From an uncultured Gammaproteobacteria bacterium (GTDB taxonomy: Bacteria; Pseudomonadota; Gammaproteobacteria; GCA-002705445; GCA-002716945), in contig CACEHM010000001.1 of NCBI GenBank assembly GCA_902559355.1, forward strand, positions 145,829 through 209,828: a stretch of 64,000 nucleotides of DNA, given 5' to 3'. Positions within the stretch are counted from its first letter, which is position 1. The number at the start of each line of letters is the position of its first letter. Of the stretch, positions 1 through 12,770 are shown one piece after another. The notes beneath the pieces were generated by a model. It saw only the letters and a program-made list of their open reading frames with translations, was not told where the DNA came from and searched no databases. The translations under genes were made by a program, and so were the position numbers.

Positions 1-621
1 TAGCCTATATATTTTTTTATAATTATTATTTAAGAAGTTAAAAAAAGTTTTATTTTTAATTAAACCATACTTTATAACTTCTGCCATACCTGCGAGGAAT
101 TCTCTCTTTGGTAAAGATTTCAAGACAGAAGTATCTATTAAAACTAAATTTGGATGCTTAAATGATCCGATTAGGTTTTTGCCTAATTTATGATTTATAC
201 CACATTTACCTCCTATTGATGAGTCCACTTGAGATAACAATGTTGTAGGAATATGTATCAATGAAACTCCTCTCATAAACGTATCTGCAGCAAATGCTAC
301 CAAATCACCAATAACACCCCCACCTAATGCAACAATAGTTAGAGATCTGTCATAGTGATTTTTTACAAGGAAGTCATATATTTTTTTTAATGTTTCATTG
401 TTTTTGTACTTTTCACCATCTGGTAATACAAGCGAATTAACTTTATATTCTTTGAAGAGTCTCTTTGTTTTATTCAAATACAGCTTACCAACCTTTGTAT
501 TGGTTATTATTAACACATCTTTATTGAAAAGATATTTAGAGATTTCAAAATTATTTAAAATACCATTCCCGACATATATCGGCACATTTGTATTTGATGT
601 CTTTAGATTTATTTTTTTCAT
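1..621 (-). CDS. aroB: 3-dehydroquinate synthase (AroB), N-terminal ~207 aa; 3' end lies outside the window
   Basis: My own reverse-complement translation from ATG at 619-621 gives MKKINLKTSNTNVPIYVGNGILNNFEISKYLFNKDVLIITNTKVGKLYLNKTKRLFKEYKVNSLVLPDGEKYKNNETLKKIYDFLVKNHYDRSLTIVALGGGVIGDLVAFAADTFMRGVSLIHIPTTLLSQVDSSIGGKCGINHKLGKN, which is the DHQ synthase nucleotide-binding and metal-binding region. The start abuts the aroK stop (622-624), the classic aroK-aroB operon. It is absent from the ORF track because it runs off the window edge. Confidence 0.85.
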   Translation of the reverse strand, partial: MKKINLKTSNTNVPIYVGNGILNNFEISKYLFNKDVLIITNTKVGKLYLNKTKRLFKEYKVNSLVLPDGEKYKNNETLKKIYDFLVKNHYDRSLTIVALGGGVIGDLVAFAADTFMRGVSLIHIPTTLLSQVDSSIGGKCGINHKLGKNLIGSFKHPNLVLIDTSVLKSLPKREFLAGMAEVIKYGLIKNKTFFNFLNNNYKKIYRL

Positions 622-1127
622 TTAATTCATTTTCAACTTATCAATAATACTAGATATTACATCTTCTTTACTCAAATATGAAACGTCGACTTCAATATCA
701 GAAGTTTTTTTATAAATTGGATTTCTTGTTTTATCAAGATTTTCTAAAGTTGCTTTTATATCTTTATTTTCTAGTAAGGGTCTATGAGATCTATTTTTAA
801 TTCTCTCATATTGAGCATCCAATGATATTTTTAGGTATATGACACAACCATTAGTGAATATTTTTTGATTTTTATCTCTTAAGATTGCTCCACCACCAGT
901 TGAAATTACGAATTCTTTGAATCTAGAGTATTTTTCTAAAGTTACGGATTCTTTATCTCTAAAATATTCCTCATTATATTTTTTGAAAATATCTGTTACT
1001 GACATGCCTTCATTATGCTCAATTGTTTTATCTAAGTCATAATGAGGCAAGTGAAGTTTCTTAGCTAGCAGACGACCTATACTTGACTTGCCTGAGCCCA
1101 TTGAACCTATCATATAAATTTTATTAT

Positions 1128-1131
<4 letters not shown>
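622..1131 (-). CDS. aroK: shikimate kinase
   Basis: 169 aa with P-loop MIGSMGSGKSSIGRLLAKKL, a typical AroK N-terminus. Sits immediately upstream of aroB. Confidence 0.9.
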
Positions 1132-3589
<2,458 letters not shown>

Positions 3590-3623
3590 TTATTAGTATT
3601 TAGCGATATTTTGGGAAAAAGCT

Positions 3624-4076
3624 TTAGCTTAATAATTTCTTTATAAATGAACTGACAAGCGACATATCAACAGTATCACCATGGTTATTTTTAATCATCC
3701 CCATAGCTTTACCCATTTCTTTGATAGATGTAATGCCTAACTCAGTTATTATTTTTTTTACAAGTTCCTCAGTTTCCACTTCACCAAGAACTTCAGGTAA
3801 GTATGTACTTAATAAATCCATTTCTTTTTTTTCTTTATCTGCTAGCTCTTGCCTGCTTGCATTCATAAACTGATCGTATGAATCTTTATTTCTCTTAATC
3901 ATAGATTTAAGTACTTTAATAACTTCTGAATCATTAAGTACAATATTTTTATCTTTTTCTTCTTTATTTATAAAAGACAGAGCAAATCTTAAAGTTGAGG
4001 AATCTTCTTTGTTACCCTCTTTTAGATATTTTATTTGATCGCTTTGGATACTATCTTTGATAGCCGATTTTGACAT
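3624..4076 (-). CDS. GatB/YqeY domain protein
   Basis: 150 aa with YqeY-like composition (charged N-terminus, C-terminal GatB-like helices). Sits downstream of rpsU, as in many proteobacteria. Confidence 0.6.
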   Translation of the reverse strand: MSKSAIKDSIQSDQIKYLKEGNKEDSSTLRFALSFINKEEKDKNIVLNDSEVIKVLKSMIKRNKDSYDQFMNASRQELADKEKKEMDLLSTYLPEVLGEVETEELVKKIITELGITSIKEMGKAMGMIKNNHGDTVDMSLVSSFIKKLLS

Positions 4077-4082
4077 TAGAAA

Positions 4083-4307
4083 CTAGAATTTTTTATAAGG
4101 AGGCTTTTTTCTTAGTGTGTCCATACTAACTTTTCTTTTACATCTTTTTGTAGCAGCAGCAACTTTCCTTTTTCTCATTGCTGTTGGCTTTTCGTAAAAT
4201 TCTCTGCGACGTGTTTCTGTTAAGATTCCTGCTTTTTCACAACCTCTTTTGAATCGTCTCAGTGCGATTTCAAATGGTTCATTATCTCTTACTTGTACAC
4301 TTGGCAT
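4083..4307 (-). CDS. rpsU: 30S ribosomal protein S21
   Basis: 74 aa, [48 protein letters not shown], canonical S21. Divergent from tsaD as in E. coli. Confidence 0.95.
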   Translation of the reverse strand: MPSVQVRDNEPFEIALRRFKRGCEKAGILTETRRREFYEKPTAMRKRKVAAATKRCKRKVSMDTLRKKPPYKKF

Positions 4308-4386
4308 ATAAATCCTTATTTACTTAAATATTGCGTAATATTACTTGATATTGTTTATAAAGCAAGTTTTAACTTATAATACGACC

Positions 4387-5376
4387 ATGAATACATTAGG
4401 CATAGAATCATCATGTGACGATACAGGACTGGCAATTATCAATTCAGATGGCCAAATCATAAATCACATTACAAGTTCACAACATGAAATTCATGCAAAA
4501 TATGGAGGTATTGTTCCTGAGTTAGCATCTAGAGATCACGTTAAAAAATTCATACCATTACTTCAGGTTCTTCTAGAAAAGAGTGCTATGACAATGGATG
4601 ATATCAATATGATCGCATTTACAAATGGACCTGGTTTGTTAGGACCTCTCTTAGCAGGGGCATCTTTGGCAAAAACTCTTGGCTGGAGTAACAACATACC
4701 AACAATTGAAGTTAATCATCTCGAGGCACATATATACTCTCCAATGATTACTGAAAAAAATCTAAAGCCACCTTTCATATCACTTCTTGTGTCTGGAGGG
4801 CATACTATATTGTCTTCAGTAGATGATAATTTTCATATTACAACACTCGGTTCGACATTAGATGATTCTGCAGGTGAATGTTTTGATAAAATAGCTAGGA
4901 AATTGAATTTAGGTTATCCAGGAGGACCAGAGATTTCGAAAAGATCTGAATTATCAAACAATAATAAATTTATATTCCCAAGACCAATGATTAAAAGTAA
5001 TGATTATAATTTTAGTTTCAGCGGTCTAAAGACGCATGTAATTAATACCATTCATAAATTAGAGCTTACAGATGAACATATCAATAATATTTCATATGAA
5101 GTACAAAGTGCTATTGTAGATACGTTAATTTCAAAGTCTGTAGAAGCATCAAAAAATCTTGATATAAAAAATATTGTAATAACAGGTGGTGTAAGTGCAA
5201 ATCAAAAACTTAGAAAAGATTTCTCATGCATTAAAAAATGTAAGGCTTATTTCCCAGACGTAAAGTTTAGTACAGACAATGGAGCTATGATTGCTTATGC
5301 AGGTTTTTTAAAAACAAATTCTTCTGACTTTAAAAAAAATTTCACAATCAAACCGAAACCTTCATTAACTCTCTAG
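4387..5376 (+). CDS. tsaD: tRNA N6-adenosine threonylcarbamoyltransferase (Kae1/YgjD family)
   Basis: LGIESSCDDTGLAI N-terminus with His/metal-binding motifs of TsaD. The ORF track begins at 4345 but the conserved N-terminus starts at ATG 4387 (MNTLGIESSCDD). Confidence 0.9.
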   Translation: MNTLGIESSCDDTGLAIINSDGQIINHITSSQHEIHAKYGGIVPELASRDHVKKFIPLLQVLLEKSAMTMDDINMIAFTNGPGLLGPLLAGASLAKTLGWSNNIPTIEVNHLEAHIYSPMITEKNLKPPFISLLVSGGHTILSSVDDNFHITTLGSTLDDSAGECFDKIARKLNLGYPGGPEISKRSELSNNNKFIFPRPMIKSNDYNFSFSGLKTHVINTIHKLELTDEHINNISYEVQSAIVDTLISKSVEASKNLDIKNIVITGGVSANQKLRKDFSCIKKCKAYFPDVKFSTDNGAMIAYAGFLKTNSSDFKKNFTIKPKPSLTL

Positions 5377-5934
5377 CATTTCTCTAATATTTTTATGATG
5401 ATTTAATAATATTATTATTGAATGGAGTATGGATAATAGAAAAAAATCCTGATTATTTGAAATAAAAAATGTTATCAAAGGTAAAAACAAAAAACTAATA
5501 ATTGCTGATAGACCAGATATTTTTTTTAATAAAAACACAAAGCCCCATGTAATTAATACAGCTAAACCTATTTGAAAATCTAAAGCTAAAACAAATCCAA
5601 ATGATGTGGCAACACCTTTGCCGCCTTTGAAATTATTAAATACAGAGAACATATGTCCTAATAATATAAATAATGAGAATATATAGGCAGTTACTAGATT
5701 TTGCTCAGCTAACAAGTAAATTGGAATAAACCCTTTTAAAAAATCACCTAGAAAAGTAAAAATACCTGGAAGAGGTCCAGCTATTCTATACATATTTGTT
5801 GCGCCTGGATTCATAGAACCTGATTTTCTTGGATCGGCAGTTCTCATGAACTTATAAACTATCAAGGCAAATGGTAACGAGCCAACTAAATAAAATATTA
5901 TGAAAATAATATAATACGTCGAATCTAGTTCCAT
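5365..5934 (-). CDS. plsY: glycerol-3-phosphate acyltransferase PlsY
   Basis: 189 aa polytopic membrane protein with the PlsY motif SGSMNPGATNMYR. Convergent 12-bp overlap with tsaD. Confidence 0.9.
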   Translation of the reverse strand: MELDSTYYIIFIIFYLVGSLPFALIVYKFMRTADPRKSGSMNPGATNMYRIAGPLPGIFTFLGDFLKGFIPIYLLAEQNLVTAYIFSLFILLGHMFSVFNNFKGGKGVATSFGFVLALDFQIGLAVLITWGFVFLLKKISGLSAIISFLFLPLITFFISNNQDFFLLSILHSIIILLNHHKNIREMLES

Positions 5935-5976
5935 TTATAAAGCATACACTAGTGATTTGTATTATTCTAACTTGTA

Positions 5977-6672
5977 ATGTTAATAGAAAAATCACAAAAG
6001 ATTACTTTCATTCATGGATGGTTATTTGGCCCTTATATTTGGTCAGGCGTCACGGAATATTTTACAAATATAAAAAAACACAAATTAATATCACTTTCAG
6101 GCTATAGCTCAAAAAACACTGTTAATAATAAACAGATAGTTGAGAATTTGCTCAAATCAGCAATACAGGATGATATTATATTGAGTTATTCATACAGTGC
6201 TGCACTAATATTGTCTTCAAATAATCTGGTCTCTTGTAAAGGAACAGTAATATTAATAAATCCATTTTTTAAACCAAAAGAAAACAGCATTAGTGATTTT
6301 TATACAGACATTAAAATTGATTTTAAAAAAAATATAAGAAGATTTATTTACGACTGTGTAAAAAAGGGGGATGAGCAAACCAAGAGTAATTATCAAAGTT
6401 TACTTAAATTGTTTGAGAAAAATTATATACCATCTATGGAATCATTATGTTTAGATCTTCAATACTTAGAAAAGATAAATTTTCCTGATAAATTAAATAC
6501 ACCCTTAAAAAACTTACATATTATCCAGTCATCCTCTGATGAAGTAAATAATACAGATGTATTTAATATATTAGAGAGTAAAAAGTTTAATACCTATCGA
6601 CTTTTTAATAATTCTCATTTCCCTTTTTTTGAATTTGATGAAATATATGAGATTATTAAAAATATAAAATGA
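5977..6672 (+). CDS. alpha/beta-hydrolase fold protein, putative pimeloyl-ACP methyl ester esterase (BioH-like)
   Basis: 231 aa. N-terminal ITFIHGWLFGPYIW resembles the BioH oxyanion region LHGWG. Immediately upstream of and overlapping bioC. The nucleophile motif is atypical (LSYSYSAA instead of GxSxG). Confidence 0.5.
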   Translation: MLIEKSQKITFIHGWLFGPYIWSGVTEYFTNIKKHKLISLSGYSSKNTVNNKQIVENLLKSAIQDDIILSYSYSAALILSSNNLVSCKGTVILINPFFKPKENSISDFYTDIKIDFKKNIRRFIYDCVKKGDEQTKSNYQSLLKLFEKNYIPSMESLCLDLQYLEKINFPDKLNTPLKNLHIIQSSSDEVNNTDVFNILESKKFNTYRLFNNSHFPFFEFDEIYEIIKNIK

Positions 6673-7490
6673 CAAGTAACATAATTAAATCATTTTCAGA
6701 TAAAGCATATTCTTATGATTCTCAATCATTTGTTCAAAAAGATGTTAATAAGAGATTATTAAGTAGACTAGATTTAATAATGCATACAAAAAGAGACATT
6801 TTAGAAATTGGGTCTGGAACAGGGAATCTGTCAGATGAACTTAAAAAAAAATATACAAAAGCAAAAATTGTCTCTCTTGATCTTTCACATGAAATGTCAA
6901 AAATACATAAATCAAAAAATCCAAATGCAGACTGCATTACTGCAGCAGGGGAAAGTCCTCCATTTAAAGGAGAGTCGTTTGATACTATATTATCTAGCTT
7001 GACTCTTCACTGGTGTAAGGTTGATATAGATTTATTCTCGAGTTATTCAAACTTACTTAAACCAGAGGGACTTCTTTTATTTACTGTAGCAGGGCCAGAT
7101 ACATTTAAAGAGTTTAAAAAATGTCCTCTAGAAATATATAGTAAACTTAGATTTAACAGATTTTTAGATATGCATCACTACGGCGATTTTATGTTAAGTG
7201 CAAATTTTAAAGATCCTGTTGTTGATAATGAACTTATTACTCTCGAATTCTCATCATTCGAACAACTCCTAAAATCTTTAAGATTAACGGGCACTAATAT
7301 TACTAATGATAACCAAGCTCATCAAATCACTAAATCTGAGTATAAAAAAATTGAAGAAAGTTTATACAATAAAGAATCAAATTCATTTGAGCTTACATAT
7401 GAGGTAATATTTGGCTATGCTCTGAAACACCCTAAAACCCTTGATAAATCAAGTAAATTCATACAAATAAAAGAATTGAAAAAAGAGTAA
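6669..7490 (+). CDS. bioC: malonyl-ACP O-methyltransferase BioC-like class I SAM methyltransferase
   Basis: 273 aa with SAM motif I LEIGSGTGNLSDEL. Length and coupling to the BioH-like gene fit BioC. Confidence 0.7.
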   Translation: MTSNIIKSFSDKAYSYDSQSFVQKDVNKRLLSRLDLIMHTKRDILEIGSGTGNLSDELKKKYTKAKIVSLDLSHEMSKIHKSKNPNADCITAAGESPPFKGESFDTILSSLTLHWCKVDIDLFSSYSNLLKPEGLLLFTVAGPDTFKEFKKCPLEIYSKLRFNRFLDMHHYGDFMLSANFKDPVVDNELITLEFSSFEQLLKSLRLTGTNITNDNQAHQITKSEYKKIEESLYNKESNSFELTYEVIFGYALKHPKTLDKSSKFIQIKELKKE

Positions 7491-7587
7491 ATTAGAAATT
7501 CCATAAGTACTAATATTTTGCTAATATTGTCTTGCAAAGAGATGTTATTGAAGGATCAATAACCATGTATTTACAATAGGGAATGAA

Positions 7588-8388
7588 ATGAAGAGATTAT
7601 CAGTATTTCTAGTAACGATGTTAGCATCGCTAACAACAATGGCCGACTGGGAAGTCAATATGCCAAGAGGTGTAACGCCTACTGCAAATGCAGCATACGA
7701 CCTACACATGCTAATTTTCTACATCACAGTAGTCATTGGTATTGTGGTATTCGGTGTCATGTTCTATTCAATATTTCATCACAGAAAATCTAAGGGCGCT
7801 AAACCTGCATCATTTCATGAAAGCACAACCGTTGAAATTATATGGACCGTGATTCCTTTTGTGATATTGGTTGGTATGGCAATCCCTGCTACTAAAACAC
7901 TAATAATGATGGAAGATACAAGAAATTCAGAGATTACTCTCAAAGTCACTGGTTATCAATGGATGTGGAAATATGATTACGTCGAGGATGATGTAGCATT
8001 CTTCAGTAAATTAGATAGTGATAGCAATGAAGCCAGACAACTAGGGTCAAAAAAAGATGTTAATAAAGTTGATAACTACCTATTAAATGTAGACAACGAA
8101 GTAGTTCTTCCAACAGACACAAAAATTAGAATATTGTTAACAGCAAGTGACGTAATTCATGCGTGGTGGGTTCCAGAGCTTACTGGTAAAAAAGATGCTA
8201 TTCCAGGATACGTCAACGAATTATGGATAGATATTAAGAAACCCGGGGTTTATAGAGGGCAGTGCACAGAACTATGTGGAAAAGACCATGGCTTTATGCC
8301 AATCGTTGTTCGTGCAGTTCCAAAACAAGAATATACAAAATGGGTTTCTCTCAATCAGAAAAACCGCGTAGCTGATAAATCAAAATAA
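7588..8388 (+). CDS. coxB: cytochrome c oxidase subunit II (aa3-type)
   Basis: 266 aa with signal peptide, 2 TM helices and the CuA-region motif [24 protein letters not shown]...[13 protein letters not shown] (CxxxC...H...M CuA ligands). Confidence 0.95.
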   Translation: MKRLSVFLVTMLASLTTMADWEVNMPRGVTPTANAAYDLHMLIFYITVVIGIVVFGVMFYSIFHHRKSKGAKPASFHESTTVEIIWTVIPFVILVGMAIPATKTLIMMEDTRNSEITLKVTGYQWMWKYDYVEDDVAFFSKLDSDSNEARQLGSKKDVNKVDNYLLNVDNEVVLPTDTKIRILLTASDVIHAWWVPELTGKKDAIPGYVNELWIDIKKPGVYRGQCTELCGKDHGFMPIVVRAVPKQEYTKWVSLNQKNRVADKSK

Positions 8389-8398
8389 GGAAATTAAA

Positions 8399-9973
8399 AT
8401 GAGCGCAAATATAGATCATTTAAAAGAGGAACATCATCAGCCATCAGGCTTGATGAGATGGATAACTACTACTAATCATAAAGACATAGGATCACTATAC
8501 TTGTGGTTCAGTTTGTTAATGTTCTTTGTAGGCGGCCTAATGGCATTAATCATTCGTGCCGAACTATTTCAACCTGGGCTACAGTTTGTTGTACCTGGAT
8601 TTTTTAATCAAATGACGACCATGCATGCGTTGATAATGATATTCGGTGCAGTGATGCCTGCTTTTGTAGGACTAGCTAATTGGCAATTACCAATGATGAT
8701 CGGTGCACCTGATATGGCATTGCCGAGATTAAACAACTGGAGTTTTTGGATCCTGCCATTTGCATTTACCATGCTACTAAGCACTTTATTTTTTGAAAGT
8801 GGCGGACCAGCTGCTGGGTGGACACTGTATCCACCATTATCTTTACAAGGCGGAAACTCGATGCCTTTCGTTATATTTTCACTTCATCTACTAGGAGCAT
8901 CATCAATTCTTGGAGCTATAAATGTAATTGCTACCATTCTTAATATGAGAGCGCCTGGTATGACTTTAATGAAAATGCCTATTTTTGTATGGACATGGTT
9001 AATAACAGCATTTTTATTAATCGCATCTATGCCTGTATTAGCCGGTGCAATAACTATGCTTCTGACAGATCGTTTCTATGGTACTAGTTTCTTTACTGCA
9101 GCAGGCGGTGGGGATCCAGTTTTATTTCAACACATTTTTTGGTTCTTTGGTCATCCTGAAGTATATATCTTAATTCTTCCTGCTTTTGGAATTGTCTCTA
9201 CAATCATACCTGCTTTTTCAAGAAAGAAGCTTTTCGGTTACGATTCAATGGTTTACGCTACAGCATCCATCGCGCTACTTTCATTTATAGTATGGGCACA
9301 TCATATGTTCACTGTAGGTATGCCGCTTGCTGGAGAAATATTTTTTATGTTTACAACAATGTTAATTGCTGTACCTACTGGAGTAAAAGTATTTAATTGG
9401 GTTGCTACCATGTGGAAAGGCTCTATGACGTTCGAGACACCTATGCTGTTTGCTCTTGCATTTATAATTCTATTCACAATAGGTGGATTCTCAGGATTAA
9501 TGCTAGCTATAACACCAGCTGATTTTCAATATCATGATACATATTTTGTAGTGGCGCATTTTCACTACGTGCTCGTGCCTGGAGCTGTGTTTGCTATTAT
9601 TGCTGCAGTATATTATTGGCTACCTAAGTGGACTGGCAAAATGTACAACGAAACTTTAGGTAAAGTTCATTTCTGGATGACCACAATATTTGTCAATATT
9701 ACATTTTTCCCAATGCATTTTGTTGGGTTAGCGGGTATGCCGAGAAGGATACCAGATTATGCTGTACAGTTTACTGACTTTAATATGATTGCTTCTGTAG
9801 GCGCATTTGGTTTTGGTTTATCACAGCTATTATTTGTATACATACTATTCTTAACATTAAAACAGCCTGTGACTGCAGAAGACAAATCATGGGAAGGAGC
9901 GGAAGGCCTAGAATGGACATTACCATCTCCAGCGCCATATCACTCATTTGATACACCGCCAAAAGTTGAGTGA
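8399..9973 (+). CDS. coxA: cytochrome c oxidase subunit I
   Basis: 524 aa, 12 TM, with canonical [19 protein letters not shown] and VVAHFHYVL heme/CuB ligand regions. Confidence 0.97.
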   Translation: MSANIDHLKEEHHQPSGLMRWITTTNHKDIGSLYLWFSLLMFFVGGLMALIIRAELFQPGLQFVVPGFFNQMTTMHALIMIFGAVMPAFVGLANWQLPMMIGAPDMALPRLNNWSFWILPFAFTMLLSTLFFESGGPAAGWTLYPPLSLQGGNSMPFVIFSLHLLGASSILGAINVIATILNMRAPGMTLMKMPIFVWTWLITAFLLIASMPVLAGAITMLLTDRFYGTSFFTAAGGGDPVLFQHIFWFFGHPEVYILILPAFGIVSTIIPAFSRKKLFGYDSMVYATASIALLSFIVWAHHMFTVGMPLAGEIFFMFTTMLIAVPTGVKVFNWVATMWKGSMTFETPMLFALAFIILFTIGGFSGLMLAITPADFQYHDTYFVVAHFHYVLVPGAVFAIIAAVYYWLPKWTGKMYNETLGKVHFWMTTIFVNITFFPMHFVGLAGMPRRIPDYAVQFTDFNMIASVGAFGFGLSQLLFVYILFLTLKQPVTAEDKSWEGAEGLEWTLPSPAPYHSFDTPPKVE

Positions 9974-10509
9974 TGACAGGCACTAAAGGAACTATTGTAA
10001 AGTTATCCCTAGTGGTAGTAGCAATGTATGGATTTTCATACGCGCTAGTTCCTATCTATGATAAGTTTTGTGAGATTACTGGTCTAAATGGTAAGACGAA
10101 TGAGGTTGCATACATAGGCAATGACATCCAAAAAGATAATAGGTTTGTTACCATCAAATTTATATCTAACGTAGCAAATTCTGCACCTTTAGATTTTGAA
10201 CCATCTGTTACTGAAATGACTGTTCAAGTTGGAAAAGCCTACAACACTCACTATGTAATGAAAAATAATTCTAGCAAACAACTTCACACTACAGCTAGCC
10301 CTAGTGTTACACCTGGCAAACACGCAGAATACTTTAAGAAAGTTGAATGCTTTTGTTTTGAACAGCAAACTATCAATGCTGGTGAGGTTAAAGATTTAGG
10401 AATTCAGTTTATTATTGATAACGACTTACCACATGCTAGTGGTGACATTATTCTTTCATACACAATGTTTGATATTACAGATAGTGTAAAGGAGACTAAC
10501 AGGCTATGA
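9970..10509 (+). CDS. ctaG: cytochrome c oxidase assembly protein CtaG/Cox11
   Basis: 179 aa with an N-terminal TM helix then a Cox11 fold, including the copper-binding CFCF motif ([10 protein letters not shown]). Confidence 0.85.
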   Translation: MMTGTKGTIVKLSLVVVAMYGFSYALVPIYDKFCEITGLNGKTNEVAYIGNDIQKDNRFVTIKFISNVANSAPLDFEPSVTEMTVQVGKAYNTHYVMKNNSSKQLHTTASPSVTPGKHAEYFKKVECFCFEQQTINAGEVKDLGIQFIIDNDLPHASGDIILSYTMFDITDSVKETNRL

Positions 10510-11363
10510 GCGGATCATCATATTATGTACCGCATGAGACTAAGTGGCCTTTTCTTGCAACGGTAGCTCTAATAATCATGTTCATAGGCTTGGCAAACTA
10601 TATGAATGATGAGTCAAACCTAACCCTAACTTATACTGGCTTAGCGCTATTACTGCTTGTTGTTTACGGATGGTTTTCATATGTGGTGAACGAGAGTGAA
10701 GGTGGTTTATATGACGCTCAAGTTGATATGTCTTTCAGATGGGGCATGGCATGGTTCATCTTTTCAGAAGTTATGTTCTTTGCTGCTTTCTTTGGCGCTT
10801 TGTACTATGCAAGAGAATTATCTTTACCATGGTTAGCTGGCGAGGGAAGCAAAGTTAGCACCAACCAAGAATTATGGCCCACATTTGAAAATGTGTGGCC
10901 ATCAAACGGTCCTGCAAATGTTGGGGGTGAGTTTATAGTTATGAAGGCTGCAGGTATCCCAGCACTTAACACAATCATATTACTAATTAGTGGCTTGACC
11001 GTAACTTGGGCACATCACGGTCTAAAAGAAGGTAAAAGAAATCAATTGATACTTGGATTGACCGCAACCGTTCTACTAGGCTTCATTTTTGTAGGTTTTC
11101 AAGCATATGAATACTCACATGCATATAATGATTTAAATCTTAAAATGACATCAGGAATGTATGGATCAACATTCTATATGCTGACAGGATTCCATGGTTT
11201 CCATGTAACACTTGGTGCGATAATGTTAACGGTTATTTTATTCAGGTGCATCAGAGGACATTTTACTAACGAGAATCATTTTGGTTTTGAAGCTGTAGCG
11301 TGGTATTGGCACTTTGTTGATGTTGTATGGCTGGGTCTATTTGTATTTGTTTACTGGCTGTGA
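10506..11363 (+). CDS. coxC: cytochrome c oxidase subunit III
   Basis: 285 aa, 7 TM, with HHGLKEG...GFHGFHVTLG and WYWHFVDVVWL typical of subunit III. Confidence 0.95.
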   Translation: MSGSSYYVPHETKWPFLATVALIIMFIGLANYMNDESNLTLTYTGLALLLLVVYGWFSYVVNESEGGLYDAQVDMSFRWGMAWFIFSEVMFFAAFFGALYYARELSLPWLAGEGSKVSTNQELWPTFENVWPSNGPANVGGEFIVMKAAGIPALNTIILLISGLTVTWAHHGLKEGKRNQLILGLTATVLLGFIFVGFQAYEYSHAYNDLNLKMTSGMYGSTFYMLTGFHGFHVTLGAIMLTVILFRCIRGHFTNENHFGFEAVAWYWHFVDVVWLGLFVFVYWL

Positions 11364-11564
11364 TCACAAGCTATTAGGTTCAATTAAATCTGCATAATAC
11401 CCAATTATAAGTAAAGCAAAAAGCAATAGAGAAAGCACAATTCTTGTCTTTAGGGATGCAAGTCCTCTTTTAGACGAGGATTTATCTTTAAGTATATATA
11501 CAAAACCCATGACTAGGTTATATATAATTAATATTAACAATATGATGACCGCATATTTAAACAT
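11364..11564 (-). CDS. twin-transmembrane-helix small protein (DUF2909-like), encoded antisense within the cox cluster
   Basis: 66 aa with two predicted TM helices (AVIILLILIIYNLVMGFVYIL and IVLSLLLFALLIIGYYADLI) separated by a basic loop KDKSSSKRG. It occupies the slot between coxC and surf1, where small DUF2909 proteins occur in other proteobacteria. No comparable ORF exists on the + strand of this gap. Confidence 0.45.
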   Translation of the reverse strand: MFKYAVIILLILIIYNLVMGFVYILKDKSSSKRGLASLKTRIVLSLLLFALLIIGYYADLIEPNSL

Positions 11565-11584
11565 ATACTCATGTTAACACTTGT

Positions 11585-12265
11585 ATGATAAATATATTTA
11601 AAAACTTGAGCTTGATTCTATTAGTTGTAACCTGCTTTTATTTAGGCCTGTGGCAATTAGATAGAGCCGAGGAAAAGTTAGCAATTCAGACTGATTTTCA
11701 ATCACAGATTAACGAAAAGCCTGTAAATATAAATTTTTTATCAGCGGAGCCTGCTAGATACAAAAAAATTTTTGCAGAAGGCTCATTCATAGAACCATAT
11801 TTTTTACTAGATAATATAGTTTATAATCGCAAGGCTGGTTATTATGTTATTTCGCCATTTCTAGTAGACGAAAAAATCCTCCTGGTAAATAGAGGTTGGG
11901 TAGATAATTACTCAAGACAAAAATATCCTGTTATAGATACACCAAAAGAAGATATGATTATTAACGGATATATCAAATATCCTATGAAACTCTTAGAGTT
12001 AACTTCTGAGAATATTTCACTTAAGGAACCTTATGTGATACAAAACATCAATATAAATCAAATTTCAGATATTATAAAAAAAGAAATATTCCCATTCATT
12101 GTAAATATTAGTGAATCTAATAATTTTTCGTATAAACATATTCCCGAGAAAAATGAAAAAAGTCATCTTAAACATTACATGTATGCTGGACAATGGTTTT
12201 TGTTTACAATAATTGGTATATTTTTTTTAATCATTTTGAATAGGAAGAGTAATGGGAAAAATTAA
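11585..12265 (+). CDS. surf1: SURF1 family cytochrome oxidase assembly protein
   Basis: 226 aa with N-terminal TM, LGLWQLDRAEEKLAIQ (W-Q-L-x-R SURF1 hallmark) and a C-terminal TM. Confidence 0.85.
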   Translation: MINIFKNLSLILLVVTCFYLGLWQLDRAEEKLAIQTDFQSQINEKPVNINFLSAEPARYKKIFAEGSFIEPYFLLDNIVYNRKAGYYVISPFLVDEKILLVNRGWVDNYSRQKYPVIDTPKEDMIINGYIKYPMKLLELTSENISLKEPYVIQNININQISDIIKKEIFPFIVNISESNNFSYKHIPEKNEKSHLKHYMYAGQWFLFTIIGIFFLIILNRKSNGKN

Positions 12266-12767
12266 ATTTCTTTTAATCGTATCGGTATTTCTGGCGCCGT
12301 TCATATTTGCCCAATACTTTTCTATGAATAATGCTACTGATACAAGGGGGACTACAAACCATGGTGTATTCCTCTCTGAAGAAATTAATATTACACCCCA
12401 AAAACTGTCTGAAGATGAGCACTGGATAATACTTCAAGTAATGCCAACGATTTGTGACAAAAAATGCCAGGAAAACACCCATATGTTGAGACAAATTAAT
12501 ACAGCTCTTGGCAAAGATATGGGTAGAGTAGCTAGATATATTCTCCATCAAGAAAATTCACCTGAAATCTACAATTATCTAAATAACTATCCAAAAGTTA
12601 TTGTTTTAGAAAACTCAGAAAGTCTCTATAATAAACTAACTAAAATGGAAGAAGGAATATTTATCGCAGATCCTTTTGGGAAAATTATCTTAGGCTATAA
12701 ACAGGACTTTGTGGCAAAAGGATTTCTTAAGGACTTAAAAAAGCTTTTAAAATATTCGAAGATATAG
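12252..12767 (+). CDS. periplasmic/membrane-anchored protein with CxxxC motif, possible SCO1/SenC-like copper chaperone
   Basis: 171 aa with N-terminal signal/TM. The TICDKKC motif resembles the SCO (T/H)CPDICP copper site. Sits between surf1 and ctaA. Confidence 0.4.
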   Translation: MGKIKFLLIVSVFLAPFIFAQYFSMNNATDTRGTTNHGVFLSEEINITPQKLSEDEHWIILQVMPTICDKKCQENTHMLRQINTALGKDMGRVARYILHQENSPEIYNYLNNYPKVIVLENSESLYNKLTKMEEGIFIADPFGKIILGYKQDFVAKGFLKDLKKLLKYSKI

Positions 12768-12770
12768 ATT

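Noticed and set aside
398-625. 75-aa + strand ORF in the track
   Set aside because: Lies antisense inside the clearly conserved aroB coding sequence. Low-complexity hydrophobic translation typical of AT-rich antisense frames.
6734-7002. ORFs 6734-6937 (-) and 6808-7002 (+)
   Set aside because: Embedded in bioC. Alternative-frame artefacts.
7491-7587. Possible sigma-70 promoter TTGCAA-N17-ATCAAT upstream of coxB
   Set aside because: The -10 match is poor (ATCAAT) and in an AT-rich genome such hexamers occur by chance. Not confident enough to annotate.
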